64,000 bases of DNA from a phage, in the sequence record PZ452578.1. One strand, given 5' to 3'. The position numbers and the translations under genes are program-made. The notes below the pieces were generated by a model that had not been told where the DNA came from, did no database searches, and saw only the letters and a program-made list of their open reading frames with translations. Of this stretch, positions 43,272 through 53,002 are shown piece after piece (the first letter of the stretch is position 1; each line of letters starts with the position of its first letter).

Positions 43272-43541
43272 TTATTTAAAACGAATAGTTGAATCCTTAA
43301 AGAACAGCCCAGAACATACTGTTCCTTCTACTTTCTGCCCGGTAGGTCCAATAGCACGAAATCCAGTATGCTGGAAATCATTTTCAGAGCAACCGAACCA
43401 ATTATATCCAGTGATTTCAATATTAGTAAAACCACTTGAAGACAAAACTTTAGTTGCATTATCAGCATCAGTACATCCTACTAAAGACACTGCTAATACT
43501 AATGCTGCGATAGAACGATTAATATATTTCATAATTTTCAC
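43272..43541 (-). CDS. putative lipoprotein (89 aa)
   Basis: Signal peptide and lipobox SLVGC; hairpin immediately downstream. Confidence 0.5.
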   Translation of the reverse strand: MKIMKYINRSIAALVLAVSLVGCTDADNATKVLSSSGFTNIEITGYNWFGCSENDFQHTGFRAIGPTGQKVEGTVCSGLFFKDSTIRFK

Positions 43542-43909
43542 TTAAATTTAATGGCTTGAAGAAGACTAATAACTCTCAAGCGACTTCTTTCATCTTTAAC
43601 TGTAAAGGAAAGAGGGTCACCAGATTTCATAGTGATAGTACATGCAAAATCAAAATCTTCTGTGACTTCTTCGAAGAAGTCAAATTCTTCATCATAAATT
43701 AGAACACTACTTTGCAGACTGTGAAGAGTTTTTCCAGCATTTCCAGATGCTGTACCAATCATTGTAACATTATGACCTTTCATATCTTCAACGATAAATT
43801 CACTAGTCAATATTACAGCATTAATAGAACTATTCCTATTACTAGCAGAAAGTAGAAATTTCTGTTCTTCACCTTCGCGAATACGATATTTCTTACCCAT
43901 TTTAAACAT
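43538..43909 (-). CDS. hypothetical protein (123 aa)
   Basis: Track ORF. Confidence 0.45.
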   Translation of the reverse strand: MFKMGKKYRIREGEEQKFLLSASNRNSSINAVILTSEFIVEDMKGHNVTMIGTASGNAGKTLHSLQSSVLIYDEEFDFFEEVTEDFDFACTITMKSGDPLSFTVKDERSRLRVISLLQAIKFK

Positions 43910-43911
43910 AA

Positions 43912-44088
43912 TTATCCCTTAAGTAAGTCGTAAAATCCGCCATTCACATGCTTAGGAGCAGAAGCCCGACGAGTAGACAAACGATGACATTTAGGGCAAA
44001 CATCATTTTCTCGTTCAGAAATCTTTTTAATTTTTTCATATTCATGCCCGCAATCTTCAGATTGGCATTTATAATCATACATTGGCAT
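43912..44088 (-). CDS. small zinc-ribbon protein (58 aa)
   Basis: Hand translation MPMYDYKCQSEDCGHEYEKIKKISERENDVCPKCHRL...; CxxxxC...CxxC; AAGGAA SD; below track cutoff. Confidence 0.45.
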   Translation of the reverse strand: MPMYDYKCQSEDCGHEYEKIKKISERENDVCPKCHRLSTRRASAPKHVNGGFYDLLKG

Positions 44089-44090
44089 AA

Positions 44091-44510
44091 TTATTCCTTA
44101 AAATGTGCTTTCAACATCTGATACAAGGACCATGCCTGTTCATTATTTTCAATAGTAACTTTCATTACCGGGAATTCTGTGAAATCTTCTATTTGTTCTT
44201 GCTCTTCCTGCTCTTGTTCTTTAGCATCCTGATATGGATTTTCAACTTCATCAAAGAACCCAGCTTCGTTAGTAGAAAGCCAGATAAAGTTTTCGTCAAG
44301 GATATCACCATGTGTTGCATATCCAACTGTGCCAGTAGATGTCACAATTTTAGTAGGACGACCAAGATAGTCAACATCTAAAATTTTAAAAGGATGCATA
44401 CCTAAACGGCGTGCATAGATTCCGTTATCAGTATGGTCTTTAATAAAATTTTCTTGAGCCTGTTTATTTTTAAATTGATACCATTTATTAACTTCAAATT
44501 TAATAGCCAT
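44091..44510 (-). CDS. hypothetical protein with acidic EQEQEEQEQ tract (139 aa); goF position
   Basis: Track ORF; naming by position only. Confidence 0.4.
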   Translation of the reverse strand: MAIKFEVNKWYQFKNKQAQENFIKDHTDNGIYARRLGMHPFKILDVDYLGRPTKIVTSTGTVGYATHGDILDENFIWLSTNEAGFFDEVENPYQDAKEQEQEEQEQIEDFTEFPVMKVTIENNEQAWSLYQMLKAHFKE

Positions 44511-44725
44511 TAATAAATTTCCTTCCAGTAAGTTGTGCCATCTTCAGTAATTTCACGAAATACACCGTAAATTGGTTGTTTATCACCAACCTTTTCATAC
44601 ACATAAACCGAAGTCAAGTGAGTAAACTTGATGGTGTGTTCCTTTTGAACTACTACCAAATCTGGATCGAATAATACATCTTCAAATTCGTCATTAGTGC
44701 AGTTCTGAACAATTTTACGTTTCAT
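44510..44725 (-). CDS. hypothetical protein (71 aa); cef position
   Basis: Track ORF; length equals what I recall for T4 Cef. Confidence 0.4.
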   Translation of the reverse strand: MKRKIVQNCTNDEFEDVLFDPDLVVVQKEHTIKFTHLTSVYVYEKVGDKQPIYGVFREITEDGTTYWKEIY

Positions 44726-44738
44726 TACAATTTCCTCA

Positions 44739-45020
44739 TTAATTGAACAGTGGAGCGATACGTTTCAGAAGAGTAGCAGCACCTTTAGCGAATTTTACAT
44801 CATGAAAAACAGTTTCTTCTTCTGTAACAACTCGAACTTTAATATTTTCGCAATCCCAATTTTTGCGAACAATCTTCAAAAGCTGCAGTAAATCTTTACA
44901 TTCAGCAATATCGATAACACATCCACGAGAATCTTCCATTATCGCACGATAACCGTAAGCTATACCATAATCGTTGAAAGATTGCTCGATGATGATTAAG
45001 TTTTCCATTTTATTCTCCAA
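44739..45020 (-). CDS. hypothetical protein (93 aa)
   Basis: Track ORF with GGAGAATAAA SD. Confidence 0.45.
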   Translation of the reverse strand: MENKMENLIIIEQSFNDYGIAYGYRAIMEDSRGCVIDIAECKDLLQLLKIVRKNWDCENIKVRVVTEEETVFHDVKFAKGAATLLKRIAPLFN

Positions 45021-45105
45021 GTTGTTTTCTATATCAGTAGTTGATATTGATATAGTACCATAATCAACTACTGATGTATATAGTTTTATGAAAAAATTTT
45101 AAACT

Positions 45106-45594
45106 TTATGCATAGAGAGCATTGCTATAGTGTTTAATCCAACTTTCAGGAATGACTTTGTATGTTCCTAAAAATACCACGTTGTACAACTTAACGCCAT
45201 CTTCTACCCATTGATCGGTAATGTATCCACACATAGCGCGAGTATAAACAGCCTTTCCATCATCTTTGATAAATTTAAATTCACAAGGAGCAATGAACTT
45301 AATAGCTTGACCGAGTTTCCACTTAAAGTCTACACCTACATGCGAAGTATCAATCGTTTCAATTCCTTTAGCGGGAACAGCTTTCAAAAACGCAGATTCA
45401 AGAAATTTCGCACGAACATAGCCAAACTGAGGTTTAGACTTTCCATCTTTAGGAATGATACGCACTTTTACTTCAGAATCTTCATCTTTAACACCATGTT
45501 TAAGCTGAATGCTTACAATTTCGACCAATTTTCCTGCTGCTTTAGAACGGGATTTATCAGATACACGAGCAATTTCACCAATATTAATAATCAT
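45106..45594 (-). CDS. motB: MotB-like protein (162 aa)
   Basis: 162 aa and position as T4 MotB; early promoter 45639-45668. Confidence 0.5.
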   Translation of the reverse strand: MIINIGEIARVSDKSRSKAAGKLVEIVSIQLKHGVKDEDSEVKVRIIPKDGKSKPQFGYVRAKFLESAFLKAVPAKGIETIDTSHVGVDFKWKLGQAIKFIAPCEFKFIKDDGKAVYTRAMCGYITDQWVEDGVKLYNVVFLGTYKVIPESWIKHYSNALYA

Positions 45595-45638
45595 AGTTAT
45601 CTCTCACTTGTTAAAAAGATTTTATACTCCACAGGACC

Positions 45639-45668
45639 ATTATACTCTGGCCCCAAGAGTTTGTAAAC
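45639..45668 (-). promoter_or_regulatory. T4-type early promoter for motB
   Basis: GTTTACA, 17-nt spacer, TATAAT. Confidence 0.55.
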
Positions 45669-45670
45669 TA

Positions 45671-46210
45671 TTAATTCAAAATAGCTACCACTGCACTACG
45701 AGGTACTACACTAAAATCGCCTGCATGAACAACATTCAGAAGTTCAACGCCATCTTCAATCCATTGGTCTGTTACCCAACCACAGACCGAAATAAATGGA
45801 GTCTTGATAGCTACCGCATGAGTTAGAAGGTCAGTAGGATCAACTTCTTTGAAGAGGATAAGCTCTGCTTCAAAAACTATAGTTTTAATTACTTCATCAT
45901 TATCTAAACGTTGTACTCGAATCACGTAAGCTTTATTCTTATCATACCAGTTACTTTTTGAAAAGCTTTTAACCACAAACTCGCCTTCACCAAAAGCATT
46001 AGTCAATGCTTTATAACCCAAATTTAGTTCAGTAGTTTTAATTTCAGTTTCAACCAGTTTGTAGGTTTTGCCGATTTCAATAGCGGTAGTCATAGTAGGT
46101 TCCTTAATTTCCAGTGGTTTAACAGGGCATACATAAGTGCTTACAACATCAAAATCAATCAGTTTAGCTACCGGATTTGGTATGTATTCAGGATTATAAT
46201 TAAATTTCAT
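45671..46210 (-). CDS. hypothetical protein (179 aa) sharing C-terminal domain with MotB-like ORF
   Basis: C-terminal CGWVTDQWIEDGVELLNVV aligns with CGYITDQWVEDGVKLYNVV of 45106-45594. Confidence 0.5.
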   Translation of the reverse strand: MKFNYNPEYIPNPVAKLIDFDVVSTYVCPVKPLEIKEPTMTTAIEIGKTYKLVETEIKTTELNLGYKALTNAFGEGEFVVKSFSKSNWYDKNKAYVIRVQRLDNDEVIKTIVFEAELILFKEVDPTDLLTHAVAIKTPFISVCGWVTDQWIEDGVELLNVVHAGDFSVVPRSAVVAILN

Positions 46211-46212
46211 AA

Positions 46213-46713
46213 TTATCTCATTTCAATAAAATCTACGAGTTCAGCATGCGATTTGCGGAACATTACTTGATGCCCACCAATGATAACTTCATCTTCAGGA
46301 ACTTCGTATACAGCGAGATAAAATCCTTTAGAAGATAATTCTTCCCGCTCTTCTCGTGTGAACCATCTCATCATATCATATTCGCTAGCGAAACCAAAAT
46401 GATAAAGAGCTATAAACCATCCTGGAATATGATATTCTACTCCAACATAATCTTTCTTGAACTTAGTATTAATTACTATATTAGCGTTTTTAACTAATAG
46501 TTTATCTTCGTGTGGTAAAGGAATTCTTTTATTATTATCGCTATGATGCATAAAATTAGGTCTGTCATAACCTACGTGTAATAGCCACTCTTCGCTCCAT
46601 GAATCTATTATACTTCTATACGGCGTTATTTGAACACAAAGATTTCGACGTATTGTTATAGCATCTTCATAATTAAGAATACTAAACGATGATTCAACAC
46701 GATAAATTTTCAT
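46213..46713 (-). CDS. hypothetical protein (166 aa)
   Basis: Track ORF; early promoter 46742-46771. Confidence 0.45.
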   Translation of the reverse strand: MKIYRVESSFSILNYEDAITIRRNLCVQITPYRSIIDSWSEEWLLHVGYDRPNFMHHSDNNKRIPLPHEDKLLVKNANIVINTKFKKDYVGVEYHIPGWFIALYHFGFASEYDMMRWFTREEREELSSKGFYLAVYEVPEDEVIIGGHQVMFRKSHAELVDFIEMR

Positions 46714-46741
46714 TTTTATTATCCTCAGTAGCTATGGTGTT

Positions 46742-46771
46742 ATAATACCATAACTAACCGAGGAAGTAAAC
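46742..46771 (-). promoter_or_regulatory. T4-type early promoter upstream of 166-aa ORF
   Basis: GTTTAC and TATTAT. Confidence 0.45.
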
Positions 46772-46777
46772 AACTTT

Positions 46778-47461
46778 TTATCGTTTTGTTGGAAGAGATA
46801 GAGGATCGCATTCTTCCTCTGATGGAGCGTCTTCTAGACCCATAGCATAGCGCAAAGCATACTTCATCATCAGGATGTCTTTTGCACAGTCATGAATGGA
46901 ATCATGCGCAACAAATCCATCTAAAGTTCCCTTTGGAAGTGGGCAAGTGGTCATATCACGAACAAGGAGAAGTGCTTCAATTCTAGTACGAATATCACGC
47001 TGATTCCAGAATTTACATGGTTCTAACTTAAACGTATCAAGCTCATTCTCAGAAACACCATTAAGGCGTTGAATATCACGAATGAGATCGACTAAAATTG
47101 GAAAATCAAACGACATTCCACGGCACCAGCCTTGAGATTTCCAAGGATCGATATTATGTGCATTGATGTAATCATTAAATTTTGCAATACCGTCAATAGT
47201 GCTTACATCTTCATCTGATGGTGCAATATTTTTTCTAGCTTCAGGTGATTGATTTTTCCACCATTCAATAGTGCTTTTAGTAAAAAGACGATGTCCTTTT
47301 TGGCTTTTTAAATCAAATTTGATTTTAATGCCACGTGAAACTAATTCATCAAATGTTTCAACAACTTCTGGGTTAGGGTCAAAGGCAATAACAGCCAAAT
47401 CAATAACCGCTGCTTTTTCACCGCTTCCCATTGTTTCAAAATCTATAATAAAATCAAACAT
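46778..47461 (-). CDS. dexA: exonuclease A (227 aa)
   Basis: 227 aa; DEDD-like N-terminus FDFIIDFETMG; position. Confidence 0.8.
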   Translation of the reverse strand: MFDFIIDFETMGSGEKAAVIDLAVIAFDPNPEVVETFDELVSRGIKIKFDLKSQKGHRLFTKSTIEWWKNQSPEARKNIAPSDEDVSTIDGIAKFNDYINAHNIDPWKSQGWCRGMSFDFPILVDLIRDIQRLNGVSENELDTFKLEPCKFWNQRDIRTRIEALLLVRDMTTCPLPKGTLDGFVAHDSIHDCAKDILMMKYALRYAMGLEDAPSEEECDPLSLPTKR

Positions 47462-47718
47462 TAAATTTTCCTTGCTAAATCGCGAATTTGACCTACAGTA
47501 TAGTCTTGAATATAAACTTTATTAATAGGTTCATCAATAAATTTTGCCATAGATTCAATATCTTTTTGCATCTCTTCAAGACTGTATACTATCTTTAAAG
47601 CTTTTTCGCGAATAGTAATATTTTCAGGACCCTGATTTTCTTCAATGACAGCTTTAACATTTGTCATAAGAGATTTAAATTGGTACCAACTTAATTCAAT
47701 CATTAATAATCGCCTCAT
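47461..47718 (-). CDS. hypothetical protein (85 aa)
   Basis: Track ORF, first of three tandem approx 85-aa ORFs. Confidence 0.45.
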   Translation of the reverse strand: MRRLLMIELSWYQFKSLMTNVKAVIEENQGPENITIREKALKIVYSLEEMQKDIESMAKFIDEPINKVYIQDYTVGQIRDLARKI

Positions 47719-47956
47719 AAAGATAGCTAATTTCGCCTAAAACATAATCATTAATTGTAACAGTTTTCACTTCACCGCAAAAGAATTCTAACGCAATTAA
47801 ATCTCGTTCAATTTCTTCTAATTGAAGCATCAACTTACTAGATTCAATTTTTACAGTTTCACGATTTTTACCATGAGCAATTTCATAAATTTCGCTAACT
47901 TTATCCTGAAGAAGATAAAACTGATCTTTAGTTATTTCCACGAATAGCTTCCTCAA
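47696..47956 (-). CDS. hypothetical protein (86 aa)
   Basis: Track ORF, similar pattern to 47461-47718. Confidence 0.45.
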   Translation of the reverse strand: MRKLFVEITKDQFYLLQDKVSEIYEIAHGKNRETVKIESSKLMLQLEEIERDLIALEFFCGEVKTVTINDYVLGEISYLYEAIIND

Positions 47957-48188
47957 ATTTAATTAGTAATTTACAGACACTTTCATCTAGTGTAATTACC
48001 GTATCTGTATTACTGTGATATGATTGTTTTTCAATTCGTTTAATTGCTAATATAGTATCACTTATAAGATAAAGCTTATGAAGGAGCTCAGCTCCTGTTA
48101 CCATAACATTAAGATTATCTTGCTTATTAGTATGCTTCCTTATACCATCTATTAGACGATTTAAATATTTTGAATTGATGTTAATCAT
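47928..48188 (-). CDS. hypothetical protein (86 aa)
   Basis: Track ORF. Confidence 0.4.
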   Translation of the reverse strand: MININSKYLNRLIDGIRKHTNKQDNLNVMVTGAELLHKLYLISDTILAIKRIEKQSYHSNTDTVITLDESVCKLLIKFEEAIRGNN

Positions 48189-48194
48189 ATAGCC

Positions 48195-49514
48195 TCACAC
48201 ATAAAACACATCATAACGACCACGGGTAACACCAACATAAAGAAGTTGTTGGGCCAATTCAGCATCTGCATAATGAATACAAGGCGTATAAATGAAAGCA
48301 CGGTCTACAGACATACCCTGAGCTTTATGGAATGTTGATGCAGGAAGTGCTTTCACTTTACTAAACTGTGATTTAGCATCCCAAAAATCACTCCATGGAG
48401 CTTTTCCGCCTTTGTTCCAATTTTTATAAGTTTCTGCCGTTTTACCTAAAAATAGGTTAAACTTATATAGCTCTTCATCAGATGAAATTATTTTAATCTT
48501 TTCACGATAATATTCATCATCGCCATAAGTTTCTACTGTTAAATCCCAATGACGAATTAGATATTCTCCAGGAACACCACGAGCTTTAACAAACGTTGAT
48601 GTATACTCTGCTTCTATAATACGAACTAATTGTCCGTTATTAAAAATAATTTCTGACACAGGCTTTCCATCAATTTTATATGTTTTAATTAATGGTTCCT
48701 GCATTACAATAATTTCACCGACAATAAAATCTTTATCAGTTTCAAAAATCTTTTTACGAATAATGCTATTTAACTTGTCAACAGATTTATTCGTAAATGC
48801 CATTACGCGATTTTCAAACAAATCATCTAGAGATTTGACGATTGAAAAATAATTTACCATAAAATCGCGTAAAGCGGTATCACCAGTAAATCCACGTACT
48901 CCATGCCCGTCAACAACTTTATCATAAATCCACTTACCGTTACGAACGTCAGTAGCTACATCAATAATAGGAGCATTACTACGTTTAACTTCAGTGAGTT
49001 CACACTGATAAAAATCTTTATGTGTAAAGAATGGACTGATATAAGCAGTGTTTTCTCCTGGGTCAACAGGTCTAATTTGCTTATTATCACCTATTCCAAT
49101 TATAGTACACCACGGCGGGATAGTTGAAAGCAGAATTTTAAATAGCTTTCTATCATACATTGACACTTCGTCGCAGATTAATACCCTACATTTAGCTAAA
49201 TCTGGTACTTCCTTCTGCTCAAAGAGGACATTTTCTTCATATGTTACTGGGTTAATTTTAAGAATACTATGAATAGTACTCGCTTCTTTCCCCGACAGTT
49301 TTGAAAGAATCTTTTTAGCTGCATGTGTAGGAGCTGCTAAAATAATACCAGTTTCACCCGTAGATATTAAAGCTTCAATGATGAATTTAGTAAGAGTAGT
49401 CTTACCGGTACCAGCAGGTCCATTAATAGTTACATGATGTTTCTTTTCTTTAATAGCCTTCATAACAATGTTAAAGGCATTTTTCTGGCCTTCGGTCAAA
49501 TCATCAAATGTCAT
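48195..49514 (-). CDS. dda: DNA helicase Dda (439 aa)
   Basis: 439 aa; Walker A GPAGTGKT; SF1B helicase. Confidence 0.9.
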   Translation of the reverse strand: MTFDDLTEGQKNAFNIVMKAIKEKKHHVTINGPAGTGKTTLTKFIIEALISTGETGIILAAPTHAAKKILSKLSGKEASTIHSILKINPVTYEENVLFEQKEVPDLAKCRVLICDEVSMYDRKLFKILLSTIPPWCTIIGIGDNKQIRPVDPGENTAYISPFFTHKDFYQCELTEVKRSNAPIIDVATDVRNGKWIYDKVVDGHGVRGFTGDTALRDFMVNYFSIVKSLDDLFENRVMAFTNKSVDKLNSIIRKKIFETDKDFIVGEIIVMQEPLIKTYKIDGKPVSEIIFNNGQLVRIIEAEYTSTFVKARGVPGEYLIRHWDLTVETYGDDEYYREKIKIISSDEELYKFNLFLGKTAETYKNWNKGGKAPWSDFWDAKSQFSKVKALPASTFHKAQGMSVDRAFIYTPCIHYADAELAQQLLYVGVTRGRYDVFYV

Positions 49515-49822
49515 CGTAAATTCCCTGCAATTGGTATACTAACAATACGCCCAGTATCTAAAATTCGCTGATATAATCTTTGTGTGTCTACGTCAGGCTT
49601 AACATGTTTAACTTCTATTTTATTAAACCAAAATTTACGTGGAGTCTCAACTAATCTTGGAATTCCCTTACCTAAAGCTAGTCGATACTGCTCTTTAAGA
49701 GTAGTAAATACTTTATCAGCAATATTCCATTCAAAAAATACAGCAGGACGATGTTCATCAAGTGGAACTGGCGCTGTAAATCCGTCTTTGTCTCGGTAAA
49801 CTATCGCATATACATAAACCAT
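49511..49822 (-). CDS. hypothetical protein (103 aa)
   Basis: Track ORF. Confidence 0.45.
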   Translation of the reverse strand: MVYVYAIVYRDKDGFTAPVPLDEHRPAVFFEWNIADKVFTTLKEQYRLALGKGIPRLVETPRKFWFNKIEVKHVKPDVDTQRLYQRILDTGRIVSIPIAGNLR

Positions 49823-49823
49823 A

Positions 49824-50570
49824 TTATCCTCGGATAAGTTTAAAAATTGAACAATTCAGCGGATATCCTCTTTTCAGTTTAAGTTTATCAATAAAAGACA
49901 AGTTTTGATACCGCTCTACACCTTGAATAATTTTATCACACATATCATATTGCATTTCTGCTTCTGACAACTTTTTCACAGTTTTCCAATCCGAGCCTTT
50001 AAGAAGAACGTTCAATTTAACAACTTCAGCGCCTTCTGCTATACGAGAACCATCAATACGAGCTTTAAGTGCTATAATTCTTAGCTTAATGTCAGAGGTC
50101 TGTTTTGATTTAGAAAGCTGAGAAATGTGTTCAATTCGGTTTTCACGTTTTTTCTGTATAGCTTTAATTTGATTATAAGTCTTTTTGATTTTAGCCCATT
50201 TCTTTTCATCTAAATTTAGTTTATGAACTTTTTTCGCAGATGAACGACCAATTCGCAAAGCAAACAAATCACGTTTTTCAATTAACTCCTCTAAAGTATA
50301 ATCAGAACGAAATGTATTATACTTTTTCTTTACTGCAATAACATTCCCTTTAATGTATCCAACGTTATTATCAAAACGTTCTAATGATAATTTCTCTCCT
50401 TCAATACGATTATCAAAAGGTTCTCCCGAGTAAGCACAAACTTTCTGATCTAAAATGTTCTTAATGTAATTGAAGTCTAAGTTAAAATCTTTAGAACGTC
50501 TTTTTGCAGATGCCTGAGTATGCTCTAAACGACGTTTAATTTTACGAATTTGGTTATTAGACAGCTTCAT
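49824..50570 (-). CDS. srd: Srd-like protein (248 aa), assigned by position
   Basis: Size and location between dda and modA; contains CAYSG...LERFDNNVGYIKGN motif; early promoter 50607-50636. Confidence 0.45.
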   Translation of the reverse strand: MKLSNNQIRKIKRRLEHTQASAKRRSKDFNLDFNYIKNILDQKVCAYSGEPFDNRIEGEKLSLERFDNNVGYIKGNVIAVKKKYNTFRSDYTLEELIEKRDLFALRIGRSSAKKVHKLNLDEKKWAKIKKTYNQIKAIQKKRENRIEHISQLSKSKQTSDIKLRIIALKARIDGSRIAEGAEVVKLNVLLKGSDWKTVKKLSEAEMQYDMCDKIIQGVERYQNLSFIDKLKLKRGYPLNCSIFKLIRG

Positions 50571-50606
50571 ATTTTTCTCACATCTTACGGACGGTTAACT
50601 ACTTAT

Positions 50607-50636
50607 ACTATAACATTTTTACTTTAACTTGTAAAC
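50607..50636 (-). promoter_or_regulatory. T4-type early promoter upstream of srd-like ORF
   Basis: GTTTACA, 17-nt spacer, TATAGT. Confidence 0.5.
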
Positions 50637-50693
50637 AACTTTATGTAAAAATGCTTTAAAAATTTCATGGTATAATGAATCTAAGTCCTTCCA

Positions 50694-51296
50694 TTATAGA
50701 TTAAATCCTTCAAAATCAAGAGTATAGATAGTGTATGTTGAATACTTTTTGTACTCATATCTATCTGCAATTCTAAATACACTTCCAGCTGGTATCATTA
50801 CTTCTTGTTCATCTGAAACTAATTCCATATTACGATAACGATGGCTATCCGGAAACTTAAAGTTTGGATTGTATTCTTTACAGCGTAGAGCTTTTATAGC
50901 ATACTCCTGGAAATTGAATACCATAGGAGCTTTGAATTCAAAAATAACTTGTGTGTTATACTCTAAACCGGAAGCAAAATGTAGAGCTATATTTTTATCA
51001 TATGAAGCTGATACTACTTTATCAAATGTAATAATATCAATTCCTTGATTTAATATTTGTTTAGTCTCAACTGGAACACCTCTCCAAAGAGGTTTATCGT
51101 TTGGAACCAAACGAGATTTGATTATTTCATTTAACCAAGTATGGTCATCTGGTTTGTTGGTAATACAATGAATTAAAAGTTCAATTTCAGATAAATTAAA
51201 CCCTTCAGAAAGTAATTCTTCACGAATAGAAGCACGCACCGATGCATCCATTGATTTTATTTTAAAATCTTTTAGTTGCATTACTGAGTATTTCAT
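50694..51296 (-). CDS. modA: ADP-ribosyltransferase ModA (200 aa)
   Basis: 200 aa; R / S-x-S / E-x-E triad (WRG, SAS, EQEVMIP). Confidence 0.75.
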   Translation of the reverse strand: MKYSVMQLKDFKIKSMDASVRASIREELLSEGFNLSEIELLIHCITNKPDDHTWLNEIIKSRLVPNDKPLWRGVPVETKQILNQGIDIITFDKVVSASYDKNIALHFASGLEYNTQVIFEFKAPMVFNFQEYAIKALRCKEYNPNFKFPDSHRYRNMELVSDEQEVMIPAGSVFRIADRYEYKKYSTYTIYTLDFEGFNL

Positions 51297-51916
51297 TCAA
51301 CTACCTCAATATCATAAACTTTAAATGTTCCAAATGAATCGTGTAATTTTTCTTTTGAAATAGAAGTTATTTTATACTTTCCAATTGGAATCATCCATTC
51401 TTGTTCATGCACAATCATCATTAAGTTATCAGTACGCTCTGAATCTAATCCATCAGTATCTTCATACGTGTACTTAAACTCAGTATTAGGAGAAGAAAGT
51501 ATAATATCGCTGATATGGTCAGAGTAATTAAAAGCTTTATCAGTTTTTAAACGAAATATTGTTTCAGTGAAATATTCAGCATAAGAAAAAGAACACGCTG
51601 TATGCAAACTAGTAGTAAATGAATCTACCCTGTTCGTTGAAAACACTTCTCCAACCTGTAAATCTTTAATAAGTTCTTTTGTCGATTTTGATATACCACG
51701 ATATAACTGATATGGCGATTTAGTTAAATGCTTTTTAATGATTTCATTTAAATGCTTATGAAGAGCTTCATTCTTTTTAGCTTCCATACATTGCCAAAGA
51801 ACAGACTGTTCAAAGTCAGTAAATTTTTCACAGACCTTTTTATACATATCATATTGAAAATCAACGCTTTCAGCTTTTATAGATAACTGTTCAACATCTG
51901 CAGGATTAATAATCAT
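51293..51916 (-). CDS. modB: ADP-ribosyltransferase ModB (207 aa)
   Basis: 207 aa; YRG, STN, EQEWMIP motifs; tandem with modA. Confidence 0.75.
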   Translation of the reverse strand: MIINPADVEQLSIKAESVDFQYDMYKKVCEKFTDFEQSVLWQCMEAKKNEALHKHLNEIIKKHLTKSPYQLYRGISKSTKELIKDLQVGEVFSTNRVDSFTTSLHTACSFSYAEYFTETIFRLKTDKAFNYSDHISDIILSSPNTEFKYTYEDTDGLDSERTDNLMMIVHEQEWMIPIGKYKITSISKEKLHDSFGTFKVYDIEVVE

Positions 51917-51942
51917 GATAGCCTCCGTATACTTCAGAAGCT

Positions 51943-51972
51943 ATCATATCATCGTTAGAAAGGAAAGTAAAC
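51943..51972 (-). promoter_or_regulatory. T4-type early promoter for modB-modA
   Basis: GTTTAC and TATGAT. Confidence 0.45.
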
Positions 51973-51983
51973 AACTTTTTGAA

Positions 51984-52166
51984 TTATTTTGCCCAGGGAG
52001 CCCAAGGCGGAGGGTCAAGATGGTATGAAGCTAGTTCTTCTAGAAGAGCATCTGGGGCTTCAATTCCATAATTCTGTAATACTATACGGTACTCTTTCTT
52101 ATAATCACTAGAATCATTCTGGATATTCGTAGAATGATTATCTTCTAACATCTCAAATAAATCCAT
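51984..52166 (-). CDS. hypothetical protein (60 aa)
   Basis: Track ORF. Confidence 0.4.
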   Translation of the reverse strand: MDLFEMLEDNHSTNIQNDSSDYKKEYRIVLQNYGIEAPDALLEELASYHLDPPPWAPWAK

Positions 52167-52174
52167 ATTAATTC

Positions 52175-52645
52175 CTAGCGATAAAAACCAAAGTGACGAT
52201 TAGCTTCAACAATCTTTCTTTCTTCTTCAGACATTCTCCAGCGTAGTCCAACATCAAAATGAGCCCAGACCATCCTAACAAATGCATTTATATCTTTAAT
52301 ATCTTCAATAATGAATGTTTTACTTTTAGAAGGTTGACTCGCTAATTTAACTTTATCGTCTTCAAATAGGTCAAAAAGACCATATTCATGAGCTCTTTTA
52401 TAGCCTTTAATAGTTAAAGCTTCAGAAGAAGAAAATGGTGAATCTGTATTCTGCAAAATATCTTCAGTATGCTTTATAATTAGAATAATATTTTCTGGAT
52501 ATTTTCTTTCTTTTATATCTTTAATTAAAATATCAGGATTTTCTGCTAAAGGAATAATTAACGAGCAATTTTTATCAAGTGTATTTACTGATTTACCTTC
52601 TTTAGACATAAATCCTATTGAATACAGTTTTGCTACTTCAATCAT
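52175..52645 (-). CDS. hypothetical protein (156 aa)
   Basis: Track ORF. Confidence 0.45.
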   Translation of the reverse strand: MIEVAKLYSIGFMSKEGKSVNTLDKNCSLIIPLAENPDILIKDIKERKYPENIILIIKHTEDILQNTDSPFSSSEALTIKGYKRAHEYGLFDLFEDDKVKLASQPSKSKTFIIEDIKDINAFVRMVWAHFDVGLRWRMSEEERKIVEANRHFGFYR

Positions 52646-52798
52646 GTGATTTCCTCTTGCCTACTAATGGACCATCAGGAATTTTGTTTTCCTGAATGTA
52701 TTTCTCATTTTCTTCCATCATTTTACTACCGATTTTAAGAAGCAAATCTAAGGCTTCATTTGCTTTAGCTTTAGCCTCTTCTAACGTCATGTTCTTGT

Positions 52799-53002
52799 TC
52801 ATGATTTATCCCCATAGATGTCTCTCATCAATTTGAGCGCTGAGCGTTCTAATTTCTTTTCTTTCTCAGCACTAATCATTGATTTCATCCATTCTTCCGA
52901 TTCGTTCTGCATTTCTTTATTTGCTTGTTCAACCCAACCATCATCAATGTACATTGAGTTTGGTCTATTGAACCATTCAAGAATCTTCTTGAGAGCTTTC
53001 AT
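52799..53002 (-). CDS. hypothetical protein (67 aa)
   Basis: Track ORF. Confidence 0.4.
   Translation of the reverse strand: MKALKKILEWFNRPNSMYIDDGWVEQANKEMQNESEEWMKSMISAEKEKKLERSALKLMRDIYGDKS

Noticed and set aside
43256-43280. Plus-strand terminator reading of the GGCCCGAAGGCC hairpin followed by TTTTATTT
   Set aside because: No plus-strand gene lies upstream; recorded only as a stem-loop.
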